Source of the DNA: a virus
Virus record (IMG/VR): IMGVR_UViG_3300024308_000021
Span: 69,467 to 125,585 of that record
DNA: 56,119 nt
Direction: 5' to 3' (one strand)
The first letter of the stretch is position 1. The number at the start of each line of letters is the position of its first letter. Shown here one piece after another: positions 29,291 to 38,465 of the stretch. Made by a program: the position numbers and the translations under genes. The notes under the pieces were generated by a model that searched no databases, had not been told where the DNA came from, and worked only from the letters and a program-made list of their open reading frames with translations.

Positions 29291-31537
29291 ATGCATCAAG
29301 TTAACACAACTTACTGGCGTCAAGATCCCCTGAACTGTTCAGAGAACTGCTACCCCCTGCCGAATTACCCGCAGGACATCCGGGACTCTCAACCGACCGT
29401 GGAGCGCCTCTTGCGCGCGTACATTCAGAATGAGTCTGGCAAGAACCCCGTACGTGCTAAAACTTACAACGTATTGTCAGATGGCAATTATTCCAGCACC
29501 ATGTGGCAGCAAACCGTAGTATTCGCAGGACAACTCCTGCGTTTCTACTTGAACACACTGGGAAACCAAGTCGATCGCAATGCACTGGCGCAGCGTGCTG
29601 CTAAAGATGCATCGGACTTCATGACTCTCAAGGTCTTCGAAGGATCGCCGGAGTACTGTAACCCGAACTGCCCTCCGGCCATCGCACAAGGCTTTGCTGC
29701 GTTTAAGAACTACATCGGTCAAATCCTCAACCAGATGCAGCAGTCTCAGTGGGGCGGTGGTCAGCAGTCCTCCTGGGGGCAGCAACAGTCGAATGCTTGG
29801 GGTAGCCAACAACCCAAACAAGACTCTGTACTGAGCATGTTCCAGGGAACCGGTGCAACAGCATCAGAAGCTCTGTTCCGTCGTCAGGACGAGTCTGGTG
29901 TAGCATCCAGCGGCAACGCTATGATGGATGCTATCGCCGAGCGGGATCGTTTGCTGGATGAAGCGGAAGCTCGCCGTAAGGAAGCCGAAGCGAAGAAGAG
30001 TCGTGAGATCTTCGGGTCTGGTCTGGACTACGATCAGTTCTCTGGCGGTCCCGACGGCTACAACACCGGAGCTGCGGATACTGGTCACGGATTCTCCGAC
30101 CACTTCCAACCCAGCCAGAGCTCCACTCATCCCGGAGCGCCTGATCTGGATTGGTTGTCTGGTGGTAGCGGTACTACCACCACTACCAGCGAGCAATTCC
30201 CTGACACCACTTACGTACACGACCCCGAAACCGTCGAGATCGAAGACGCAGTACTGGTCGAAGAGTGGGTTCAGACTCCCGTGGGCGATGACGTCACCCG
30301 AGCTATCCACCCAGCGTGGGATCTCAGTATGGGTAAACCTCCGTATCTGCCGTATGTACACGCAGATACTCCTGTACCGAATCCGAAACTGCCTGTACCG
30401 CTGGCTCCTGCTTTCTGCATGGGAATCCGCGTTGCGCACAACATCTACACCCAAGTCGTTCTGGACGGCTGGATCTATTCTGCTAAGGAACTCCACGAGA
30501 TGGACGAAACCAAACATCAACTCCGTTACGACCTCCGCCCGCGTCAGGAACCCGTAGGACGCGTCGTACCGATTTACGAACTGCAACAAGACGACACTGT
30601 AGTAGACCAGGACTTCGTAACCGAAGCTCCGGTCAAACTCGAACAAATCGTCGTAGGTCTGGAGATCGACTCTGCTGCGAACTCCGTGATGAATACCTAC
30701 AACGTAGTAGGCTCCAATCGCCCAGCGCATTTCACCTACATGAACTCCCGTGCGGTTCAAGTAGACCAGCGCTACAACATCGAAGAACTCCTCGGGAACT
30801 TCGTGTGGACTGGTAAACACGCTAACGCGGATCTGTCTGTACTGGCGCATGGTCTCAAAGGACTTCAGGTTACTTCCGAGTACCTGTACGGTCTGCTGAA
30901 CACCTTCGCTACCCAGGCTATCAACCGTGTGCTGCGTTACGAGCTCAACACCATTGCTCGCGTAGAGAGCTTCGCTGACGACTACTCAGAACTCCTGGAG
31001 GTACTGCGTAAGAAATACGGCGACTCCATCCTGCCTGCTCTGGCGCGTTGTGCACCACTCGTAGCGCGTAGCGTAGCGTGTGTCTGCCCGCCTCAGTACG
31101 AAGACCGTCTGTTCCTGACCACAGTAACTCCGTTTACTGCCATGGCCTCGGGCTTCGTGTCTACTCCGAAAGGCGTGGACTACTGCGGTGAAGAAGAGTT
31201 TACTCGTCTGCAAACTGAAATTGGCGATCCCGATACTCCCATCGGTAATGCTTGCAGTTACTTCGTAGGTATGGTACGTCTGAACTACATGGCGTGTGTA
31301 CCTTGGACTGTAGCTGAGATGGGTCTGGGTTCCCTGAAAGCAGGTGAGCGTTTGCTGTTTGCATCCACCAACGAATACCATGCTTACTTCGAGTCTGTAC
31401 TGCAAGAAGCAGAAGCCGGTGCTCCTGTGTCTCGTGTGACTATCGTCACCCCGCAATTCGAAGCAATCGATCTGCATCGCAGTGAAGTAGGTACTCAAGG
31501 CGCTATCGTGGTGGAGCGTCGTAGCATTTTCGGTTAA
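29291..31537 (+). CDS. Large hypothetical protein with Q/S/WG low-complexity and acidic disordered middle region
   Basis: 748 aa, AGGAG RBS, strong codon bias. Contains QQSQWGGGQQSSWGQQQSNAWGSQQ. Confidence 0.85.
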   Translation: MHQVNTTYWRQDPLNCSENCYPLPNYPQDIRDSQPTVERLLRAYIQNESGKNPVRAKTYNVLSDGNYSSTMWQQTVVFAGQLLRFYLNTLGNQVDRNALAQRAAKDASDFMTLKVFEGSPEYCNPNCPPAIAQGFAAFKNYIGQILNQMQQSQWGGGQQSSWGQQQSNAWGSQQPKQDSVLSMFQGTGATASEALFRRQDESGVASSGNAMMDAIAERDRLLDEAEARRKEAEAKKSREIFGSGLDYDQFSGGPDGYNTGAADTGHGFSDHFQPSQSSTHPGAPDLDWLSGGSGTTTTTSEQFPDTTYVHDPETVEIEDAVLVEEWVQTPVGDDVTRAIHPAWDLSMGKPPYLPYVHADTPVPNPKLPVPLAPAFCMGIRVAHNIYTQVVLDGWIYSAKELHEMDETKHQLRYDLRPRQEPVGRVVPIYELQQDDTVVDQDFVTEAPVKLEQIVVGLEIDSAANSVMNTYNVVGSNRPAHFTYMNSRAVQVDQRYNIEELLGNFVWTGKHANADLSVLAHGLKGLQVTSEYLYGLLNTFATQAINRVLRYELNTIARVESFADDYSELLEVLRKKYGDSILPALARCAPLVARSVACVCPPQYEDRLFLTTVTPFTAMASGFVSTPKGVDYCGEEEFTRLQTEIGDPDTPIGNACSYFVGMVRLNYMACVPWTVAEMGLGSLKAGERLLFASTNEYHAYFESVLQEAEAGAPVSRVTIVTPQFEAIDLHRSEVGTQGAIVVERRSIFG

Positions 31538-31570
31538 CTGGCGCGTCCTACTCCAGTTGTAACTAAAGAC

Positions 31571-31596
31571 GAGGGAGGTCGCGCTCCCTCTCTTTT
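31571..31596 (+). terminator. Intrinsic terminator
   Basis: GAGGGAG-GTCGCG-CTCCCTC followed by TCTTTT. Confidence 0.8.
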
Positions 31597-31598
31597 AT

Positions 31599-32029
31599 GC
31601 CCTTTTCTACGGCTGTGTGTTTTAGGACACGTGGCTGTTGTAGGAGTGTTACTGTCTGCGGCCAGCTAAGGGTCGCACCGCAGATTACTTAGTATCTAGT
31701 TGTCCCTGGAACCAGAGCATTCTCCTTATCCCCCACTGGGAGAGGATCGATAGAGCAGTTTGTACCGGAATTAACTGGCAACCGCTGTTCTCAAGTTAAG
31801 TGCGTAGAAGGCAAGAAAGGACAAACGACTAGCAGTAACACTACCAAGTCTACTAGATTACAGTAGGCGCATTCCTTGATCGATTAGATCAAGGGGATTA
31901 CATGGGGTAATCCAGGAGACGTCATCACTCCAGAACTGACTGGCTTTAACTAACGGAGGTATTGCATATGCAACTCGAAATGGTTTCGGGCCTCTAAGAC
32001 TTCGCCACTGGTGGAGTCTTTTTTTTTTT
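31599..32029 (+). ncRNA. Candidate large structured non-coding RNA (~430 nt), family not recognised
   Basis: No credible ORF. About ten helices found by eye, including a 10-bp long-range pair (31645-31654 with 31833-31842). G-U pairs favour the + strand. TATG at 31596-31599 and a terminator at 31996-32029. Confidence 0.75.
31996..32029 (+). terminator. Intrinsic terminator closing the candidate ncRNA
   Basis: AAGACTTCGCC-ACT-GGTGGAGTCTT (two G-U pairs) running into 11 T. Confidence 0.85.
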
Positions 32030-32042
32030 GGCTCAAAGGGAC

Positions 32043-32066
32043 AAAAGAGGAGGCCGAAGCCCCCTC
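32043..32066 (-). terminator. Intrinsic terminator of the portal gene
   Basis: On the minus strand GAGGGGGC-TTCG-GCCTCCTC followed by TTTT. Confidence 0.8.
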
Positions 32067-32073
32067 CCCTAGA

Positions 32074-34839
32074 TTACTCTTCTTCAGTATCCTTCTCATC
32101 GGTAGGAGGTTCATCAGTCTCCTTAGGTTCCTTATCCTCATCCTCTGCTGTAGCGTCAGCGTCCTCCTCGGTTTCTGGAGGAGCATCTGCATCAGCATCG
32201 GCATCCTGGTCGATGCTATCGAAACCACCAGCCTCGTCTTCAGTACCGCCACCAGTTTCAGTGTCTGTACCGTCTGTCTCGTCCTGACCCATCGCATCCA
32301 TCTTGGCTTCGAACTTCATACCACGCTTGCTACATTCAGTAAACAGATCTTGCAGGGTCTTCTGAGTAGAGTCCAGCAACTCCTTCACATCCACAACCAT
32401 ACCACTACCAGCTGTGTCTTGGTTACCCATCAACTCCTGGAGCTCAGGCATGATAGAGTTAGCCACCATGAACTTACGTACGAAATAAGCTTTGACGTGT
32501 TGGAAGAAAGCTTCGATAGCACTGGATTCACGAGAATCAATCAGACCAGAGATCATATCCGCAGAGATCCACTGACGCAGACCTACGTCCAGACCTTCGA
32601 TGTACTCGTCCATCTGCATCTTCTGCATCTCGAACTTCTTAGTATCAGGAGCAGGAAGCGAGATACTAAAACGCTTCACCAACTCGTCAATACAAGACTC
32701 GATCAGCAGCTCAGACTTCGAACGCTTCTCTTCGTTAGCGCGAGTAGCGATGTCCAGATAGTCCATGATTTTAACCAGGTCTTTCTTAGACATCTCCTTG
32801 AGTTCTTCCACCACAATCTCCTGGAGTTCTTCCAGTAGCTGTCCAGAGTTCCAGATGTATTTGTGCATGTGGTCGTTGAACAGATTCGTAGTAGGTTCCT
32901 GGTAAGCCAGGATACGTTTAGCAAACAGCAGATTACTAGACGTGATAGACTGAGCGAACTCCACGTTACCCAGAGAATCCACCAGCTCAGGAGGTAAACC
33001 GAATCCCAAGAAGTGTTCGCGCTTCTTACGCTCTTCCAGATCTTCGAAAGGTTGAGTGTTAGGAATAGTGCGTTCTTCCTGCGTTACAGAAGTCTCTGGG
33101 TAGTTCGGGTTACCGGTCGCTACAATACTCACACCAGCGTTTTGCAAGTAACTCACGAGGTCGTATGCGTTGTCTACAGACAGCGGCATCGACTGACTGC
33201 GAGTACGAGCGAGCTCGTGTCTGATGACTTGCATGGTTTGGTCTGGGTTAGCATCGTCCGGATCCAGAGCAACGTTTACCTGAGTAGAACCCACAGCACT
33301 GCGCACAGCACGCATGATGTTAGCAAACTGCAACGTAGCACGCTGAGTAGCCAGGATCTTGGTTTTGTCCAGCAGACTACGACCAGTCCCGTCTTCGTTG
33401 TAGTCGTATGCGAAATACGTCATGAGTTCCACAGGAACCATCAACAACTGAGTGCCTTTGTTAGCCAGGTGTCGAGCTAGCATGATCTCGTAAGCGTTGT
33501 TGTTAGCAGCGATCTCGAGGTTAGCGTTCACACGACCATTCTTCAGACGAGACAGGATGTCTTGCTGTACCACAGACTGAGCAGTAGCACGCAGCTCCAT
33601 CAGTTCAGTGGAGCTAGTACGCTGACGGTTACCATACACACCACGGTTAGCGATATCTGCCAGTGTGTTGTTCAGGTCTTGACCAGGAGCTTGGGTCTGA
33701 GTGTACTCGAGTTGACGGTAGTAGTCAGAACCCTTAGCACGGTACAACGGAGAACCGTATTCGTCCAGTAGAATCAGATGGTAGATCGGGCACTCAGGCT
33801 TACCAGCCGGGTGGATGTTGATCACACACTCAGGAGGCAACCGCATTACCAGAGGATGTCCGACAGGTTTACGTGAGTAACGATCCATCGGGTGGAGCTG
33901 GATAGTGTAACCTGGACTACTACGATCACGAGCCATCTCGCCACGTATAGCTGCCATCTCTTGGTCACCGAGCTCCAGAGCCTCAGTGTTCCATTCCACG
34001 TTAGAACGAGCACGTCTACCGTAAGCGTTAGACATAGCCCGCTTACGCATCTTGGCCTGACCTTCCTCGAGAGCCGCTGGGTATTTCAGAACGTTCACGT
34101 TGTCAGAGAAAGTCAAACTCAAATACTCGGACTTAGCTTCTTCAGCGGAGAGTAAAGGAGCCAACCCACCGAGCTGCTCTGCTGAAAACACAGGAGCTGT
34201 TTTACGCTCAACCAGTTTGCGTTTACCGTCCTTATTCTCCAGAACGAAATCAGAAGGTCCGAGGAGACCGATACTCGGAGCAGTGCCGGAGTTAGGGTCG
34301 TAGTAGTCCTCACCGAACTCCTCCAGAGACATCGACCCCCCGTAGTTGATCACAGAGTCCAGGCCAGTCTCCGGTACTACCAGCAGAGGATACGAACCTG
34401 TGTTGAACAACGCATCTTCTATCGCGGTGGATATAAAAGAACGGATCGGATAAACGTTTGTGAAGAAATCGGATAGGTGTTTAGACACCCGACTTACCAG
34501 GTTAGTGGGAAAATCGTCAAATGGTAGCTTGTAGTAGATGTCCCTGGAGACCATATCCTGTGGCGACAGAATAGACGACACCAACAACTGCGCTGCCATC
34601 TCGATATCCGGAAGCATCTCACGCAGGTTTTGAGCTGTGGTGATGTCACTACTCAACCGCTTGGCTTGGTTTTGGAGAATCAGACTGTTGGGGTTACGGC
34701 CGTTGGTGCCATTAACCCCCGTCAGGTTCATTGTACGCGCTTCTACGAGCTTGGTAGCGATAGCCGCTGCCTGGTTATTCAGGAATGGTAAACGTTGTCC
34801 AGCGAGAGCTGGAGTGCGTGTAGGCTTATTGGTAGACAT
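32074..34839 (-). CDS. Portal protein (phiKZ gp129-like)
   Basis: About 921 aa, start refined to ATG 34839 (AAGGAG RBS). Motifs LPDIE.A...LVSSILSP.D, GHPLVM.LP.E.VI, G.G.SLL and FGLPPELVD; acidic C-terminal tail. Confidence 0.8.
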   Translation of the reverse strand: MSTNKPTRTPALAGQRLPFLNNQAAAIATKLVEARTMNLTGVNGTNGRNPNSLILQNQAKRLSSDITTAQNLREMLPDIEMAAQLLVSSILSPQDMVSRDIYYKLPFDDFPTNLVSRVSKHLSDFFTNVYPIRSFISTAIEDALFNTGSYPLLVVPETGLDSVINYGGSMSLEEFGEDYYDPNSGTAPSIGLLGPSDFVLENKDGKRKLVERKTAPVFSAEQLGGLAPLLSAEEAKSEYLSLTFSDNVNVLKYPAALEEGQAKMRKRAMSNAYGRRARSNVEWNTEALELGDQEMAAIRGEMARDRSSPGYTIQLHPMDRYSRKPVGHPLVMRLPPECVINIHPAGKPECPIYHLILLDEYGSPLYRAKGSDYYRQLEYTQTQAPGQDLNNTLADIANRGVYGNRQRTSSTELMELRATAQSVVQQDILSRLKNGRVNANLEIAANNNAYEIMLARHLANKGTQLLMVPVELMTYFAYDYNEDGTGRSLLDKTKILATQRATLQFANIMRAVRSAVGSTQVNVALDPDDANPDQTMQVIRHELARTRSQSMPLSVDNAYDLVSYLQNAGVSIVATGNPNYPETSVTQEERTIPNTQPFEDLEERKKREHFLGFGLPPELVDSLGNVEFAQSITSSNLLFAKRILAYQEPTTNLFNDHMHKYIWNSGQLLEELQEIVVEELKEMSKKDLVKIMDYLDIATRANEEKRSKSELLIESCIDELVKRFSISLPAPDTKKFEMQKMQMDEYIEGLDVGLRQWISADMISGLIDSRESSAIEAFFQHVKAYFVRKFMVANSIMPELQELMGNQDTAGSGMVVDVKELLDSTQKTLQDLFTECSKRGMKFEAKMDAMGQDETDGTDTETGGGTEDEAGGFDSIDQDADADADAPPETEEDADATAEDEDKEPKETDEPPTDEKDTEEE

Positions 34840-34860
34840 CAACAACTCCTTGGAGGAAGA

Positions 34861-36948
34861 ATGAACGCCCTCTATCAGATTTTCAGAGACGAGATACACG
34901 TGTTGTGTAACACGCTCGTCTATAAGTCAGTAGCTACGGCTGAGGCTTTAAACCGCGCATTAATAGAAAGGGGTTGGTCGGTTGATCCAGACGATCCTTA
35001 TACATGGAAGTACTACTTAAATTTAGCAGGAAATTACCACGACATCGATCTACCAATGACCGTAGTGTCTCTGGATAACCTGGAAGAGATTGCTTTCACG
35101 AAAGCTAATTTGGCCCAGCATAGAGCCACTGCTAAAGCTTACGCGTATGGTTCGCCATACTATCTGGAATTGGTACGTCGGTATCCCAAGCAGGAAGATC
35201 TGATCAAAGGGATCCTACAACCTATCCCTAGAGCTAAGTCCATCCCAGCCGCAGATCACGAGATCCTCTACTACGACCCCGTACTAGTAGAACCTCAAGA
35301 ACAGAACCTGATTCCTAGATTGCAGCAGTTTATCGATGCGTTCTGGTATAACTGGCACAACCCAGCCTACGCTATCACGCACGACCTGGTAGACGGATAC
35401 AGCATCGGGATACTGGCTACTCAGTTACCTGCTGAGATCGAGCGTATCCGTCTGGATAACGCTCACACCGAACAAGCACACAGCTTCCACATCTGGATGT
35501 ATCTGCGCAGTAACGGACGTCTGGATGAGTTTCGTAACTACCTGACTACGAAACAAGCTCTGTGGTTGTATCGCAACATTCGTTTCCTACAAGCTAACGC
35601 TGGGAAACAATCCACGTTTGAGTTACTGATCGAACACCTGTTGACCGAGCGAGGGTTGCCCGTAGTACACTACGAGGCACAGAAAGACCTCACACCACTC
35701 ACACAAGACCAGCTCGTAGCTAACGTGCAGTTCCATCCAGTGGGGCTGAACCTACCAGACCGTCAGGAAGTAAACCCTACTCCTCGTACTCCGGAGTATC
35801 TGCTCCAGAAAGAATGGCCTCTAGCTCCTGGAAACCAAGATCAGTATCCAGAGTCATTGGCTTTTATTAAAGAGAAGTGGGCTACTACTATCCGCGCTAA
35901 GTCTCCTACGAAAGTATTGGAGTCTCGAGCTGTAGATCGTTCGGGTAACGTTCCTTTCTTGCTGGAAGACGTGGTGGTGAACCACTGGCTGTACTGGGCG
36001 TGTACTAACCGCTACAACGTTATGTTCCAGTTCCAGTCTCCGATCTCCGGTGAGGGTTTCAACCTCAACCCACGTGATGCTTTCTGTTTGTGGGTGTGGT
36101 GTGTAAACCGTGGTTCTGGTAAAAAGGAGGATCGGATCGTAGATTGGGTAGCGGAGCGAGTGCGTCGTAATCGCATGCCGTCGACTGAAGAACTCAGAGC
36201 CCTCGTAATCCCCTCCAGACTGCCTGACACGATGTTTGAGCGTGTGTACAGTAGCATGCCTGCGGTGTCGCCTGTAGTGTCTGTGGATGCGTTCTACAAG
36301 CAGTGTGTGGCTATCCACACCTATGCACTCCAACAGTACGACTACTACACTCAGTTCCAGAACTACCACGACCGTGCGGCTGCTGAAGCCGTAGTAGGAC
36401 ACTTCTACGCCGACGTGGGAGTACCTCTGGCTACCGAAACCACTTACACCCAGTGGTTCCGTAATCGCGGCCTGCCGTTTGACGAGATGTCCCCTAAAGA
36501 TGCCACAGAACTTGGGGAACAAATCGTCAAGCAAGCTACGGGGATTGGTTCTGTGACCACGTACAGCATTCGAGAGATCCAGGAAGCGATGCTACGCTTA
36601 CTGCATCGTTTGAGTTCGTATACCATCCAGTCTATCCGTTCGGAGTCTTCAGACGCTTCAGTGCCTGTGGGTGTACCTATCATCCGTGTAGGAGATGAGG
36701 ACTGTAGCCTGTCTGGTAGCACCCCGGTCCGACTGCAACCGGTACGAGTAGAACACGACGACTCTCGAGTACGTGACGCTCTGGCCGTAGCTGGTCGTCT
36801 GGGTAATCTGACTGTAAAAACGAGCTCTCGCGAATCCAGTGTTACACAGATCGATGTATGTCCCGACATTAGAATCGTAAACTCTCAGACCGAAACCATA
36901 CGAGTGCGAGCAGGTAGTCTCCGCTACCGAGACGTTACTCCAGAGTAA
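34861..36948 (+). CDS. Virion structural protein (phiKZ gp128-like)
   Basis: About 695 aa, start refined to ATG 34861 (GGAGG RBS). WKYYLNLAG.YH and LYRNIR....NAGKQ.TF motifs; divergent from the portal gene. Confidence 0.7.
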   Translation: MNALYQIFRDEIHVLCNTLVYKSVATAEALNRALIERGWSVDPDDPYTWKYYLNLAGNYHDIDLPMTVVSLDNLEEIAFTKANLAQHRATAKAYAYGSPYYLELVRRYPKQEDLIKGILQPIPRAKSIPAADHEILYYDPVLVEPQEQNLIPRLQQFIDAFWYNWHNPAYAITHDLVDGYSIGILATQLPAEIERIRLDNAHTEQAHSFHIWMYLRSNGRLDEFRNYLTTKQALWLYRNIRFLQANAGKQSTFELLIEHLLTERGLPVVHYEAQKDLTPLTQDQLVANVQFHPVGLNLPDRQEVNPTPRTPEYLLQKEWPLAPGNQDQYPESLAFIKEKWATTIRAKSPTKVLESRAVDRSGNVPFLLEDVVVNHWLYWACTNRYNVMFQFQSPISGEGFNLNPRDAFCLWVWCVNRGSGKKEDRIVDWVAERVRRNRMPSTEELRALVIPSRLPDTMFERVYSSMPAVSPVVSVDAFYKQCVAIHTYALQQYDYYTQFQNYHDRAAAEAVVGHFYADVGVPLATETTYTQWFRNRGLPFDEMSPKDATELGEQIVKQATGIGSVTTYSIREIQEAMLRLLHRLSSYTIQSIRSESSDASVPVGVPIIRVGDEDCSLSGSTPVRLQPVRVEHDDSRVRDALAVAGRLGNLTVKTSSRESSVTQIDVCPDIRIVNSQTETIRVRAGSLRYRDVTPE

Positions 36949-36986
36949 CGGTGAATTTATGAACTTCCCATCTTAGGAGTATAGCC

Positions 36987-37874
36987 GTGAGTAATGTAGT
37001 GAGAACGCTGTGGGGGGCTGGACTCCAGTCTTCCTTGTTTTTGAAAACTCAGTACGAGGTACTGCCGTTTACCACTCTCAACGAGAAACACGAGATCCAA
37101 AAAGGAGTATTGCCGGCTCCTGGTGAGACCCCTACCGAGATGTTGTTTGTAATGGGCGTAGGTGGCCACTACTACGAGGACAACGCTACCAGTATCCCGA
37201 AGATCAAGTACTATCGTCACGAGCCAGACCACGCCGCTCTGTTCCGTCAGCTCCCGATGGTTAAGCGTTTGCTCTCCAACGACCTGACTCAAGAACAGCG
37301 CCAACAATACGCTGGTCGTAAGGTAGTTACTGAGAACGGTATCAAGAAAGTCGAGTACTGGGCTAAGCGCCTGAACTTGGCTGATGTAGAAACCAAGTAC
37401 TACCGGATTACCACGATCAACGGTGTGGAAGACATCAAGCCGTATGTGCCTGACTCTACCAACCTGAACCCACAACCCAAGAAAACCCCAGCGGATTCTT
37501 CGATCACCACTTCCAACGTGAAGCTGGCCGTGTCTACTATCGTGAAAATCCAACTGACTCCGTTTGACGTATCGGAGTGGTTGTCGGTGTGTAACCAAGA
37601 ACTCGGTGACGCTGAATTCGGTATCGTGTCTGAGATGGCTATCGTTTCAGGTGTGAACAAAATCGTGCAGTCAGAAGCCTCTGGTGGTGCGAGTTTCAAC
37701 TTCCAGGAAGTGATCGCTCAGCAGATCACCAGCTTCCTGGATGCTCGTTACGACTTGGTAGGCGCAAACCTGGGTGTGGAGAAAGTCCTCGACCTGGGCG
37801 ACGCCGAACTGTTGATGACTGGTGTTACCAACCTGACCGGTGGGACTACTCCTGCCGCATTCAGCGGGACTTAA
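36987..37874 (+). CDS. Virion structural protein (phiKZ gp127-like)
   Basis: 295 aa, GTG start with AGGAG RBS. TTLNEK, G.GGH and NDLT..QR..Y motifs. Confidence 0.7.
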   Translation: MSNVVRTLWGAGLQSSLFLKTQYEVLPFTTLNEKHEIQKGVLPAPGETPTEMLFVMGVGGHYYEDNATSIPKIKYYRHEPDHAALFRQLPMVKRLLSNDLTQEQRQQYAGRKVVTENGIKKVEYWAKRLNLADVETKYYRITTINGVEDIKPYVPDSTNLNPQPKKTPADSSITTSNVKLAVSTIVKIQLTPFDVSEWLSVCNQELGDAEFGIVSEMAIVSGVNKIVQSEASGGASFNFQEVIAQQITSFLDARYDLVGANLGVEKVLDLGDAELLMTGVTNLTGGTTPAAFSGT

Positions 37875-37877
37875 AAG

Positions 37878-38465
37878 ATGGCTGCTCCGGTAGAAGACTA
37901 CATCTACCGGGTGGTTGGGATAGACCCAGGTACGGAAACCCTGGGATGGGCTGTAGTAGACTTAGACTTGAAGCACCGGCAGATTACGATTCGAGCTGCT
38001 GGCACGTATTACGCTTCTCGGCTATCCAGCTCCCCATTCCAGGACTACGAACTAGCGTGCGGTAATCGCCTACAGCGTATCAAGCTGTTAGGGCGAGCTG
38101 TACGCAGTTTACTGGGTTACTACCAACCTCATCGGGTTTTATCTGAATCTCCTTTCTTAGGACGCTTCGCTGCGTCGTATGAGTCCTTAACGCAGTGCAT
38201 GATGTCACTACGCGAGGCTGTGTACGACTACGACCCCAGTACTGTACTATGGGGGATAGATCCGATCTCGGTGAAAAAGAATGTAGGGTTTGAAGTGAAA
38301 CGGAAGATGTCTAAACAGCAACTGAAGGAAGGAGTGCGTGATGCACTTCGTAAACTCAGACTGATTTGGGCTGATGGTGTCAACCTAGAGTCGCTTACAG
38401 AACACGCTGTGGATGCTATCGCAGTAGCGCTGTGGGAGGCTCGTAAATATTTCTGGTGTGGCTGA
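37878..38465 (+). CDS. ruvC: RuvC-like Holliday junction resolvase
   Basis: RNase H-fold catalytic pattern: VVGIDPG...GWAVV, VLSE, P..VKK.V, H..DAIAVA. Confidence 0.9.
   Translation: MAAPVEDYIYRVVGIDPGTETLGWAVVDLDLKHRQITIRAAGTYYASRLSSSPFQDYELACGNRLQRIKLLGRAVRSLLGYYQPHRVLSESPFLGRFAASYESLTQCMMSLREAVYDYDPSTVLWGIDPISVKKNVGFEVKRKMSKQQLKEGVRDALRKLRLIWADGVNLESLTEHAVDAIAVALWEARKYFWCG

Noticed and set aside
29864-30850. 328 aa antisense ORF and similar shadow ORFs (1496..2038, 8442..9053, 21153..21791, 35854..36534, 36957..37598)
   Set aside because: Same codon-bias artefact, opposite well-supported genes.
31599-32029. Identification of the structured region as tmRNA, RNase P RNA, tRNA cluster, CRISPR array or group I/II intron
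   Set aside because: No tRNA-like ends or CCA, no GAGGAAAGTCC, no repeat-spacer periodicity, no recognisable P7 or domain V motif, and it does not interrupt a gene. Only a covariance-model search can fully exclude known families.
31950-32297. Minus-strand ORF 31950..32297 and plus-strand ORF 32011..32838 touching the candidate ncRNA
   Set aside because: Both are off-frame or antisense readings of the portal's low-complexity tail. They run through terminators, lack an RBS and do not explain the gap.
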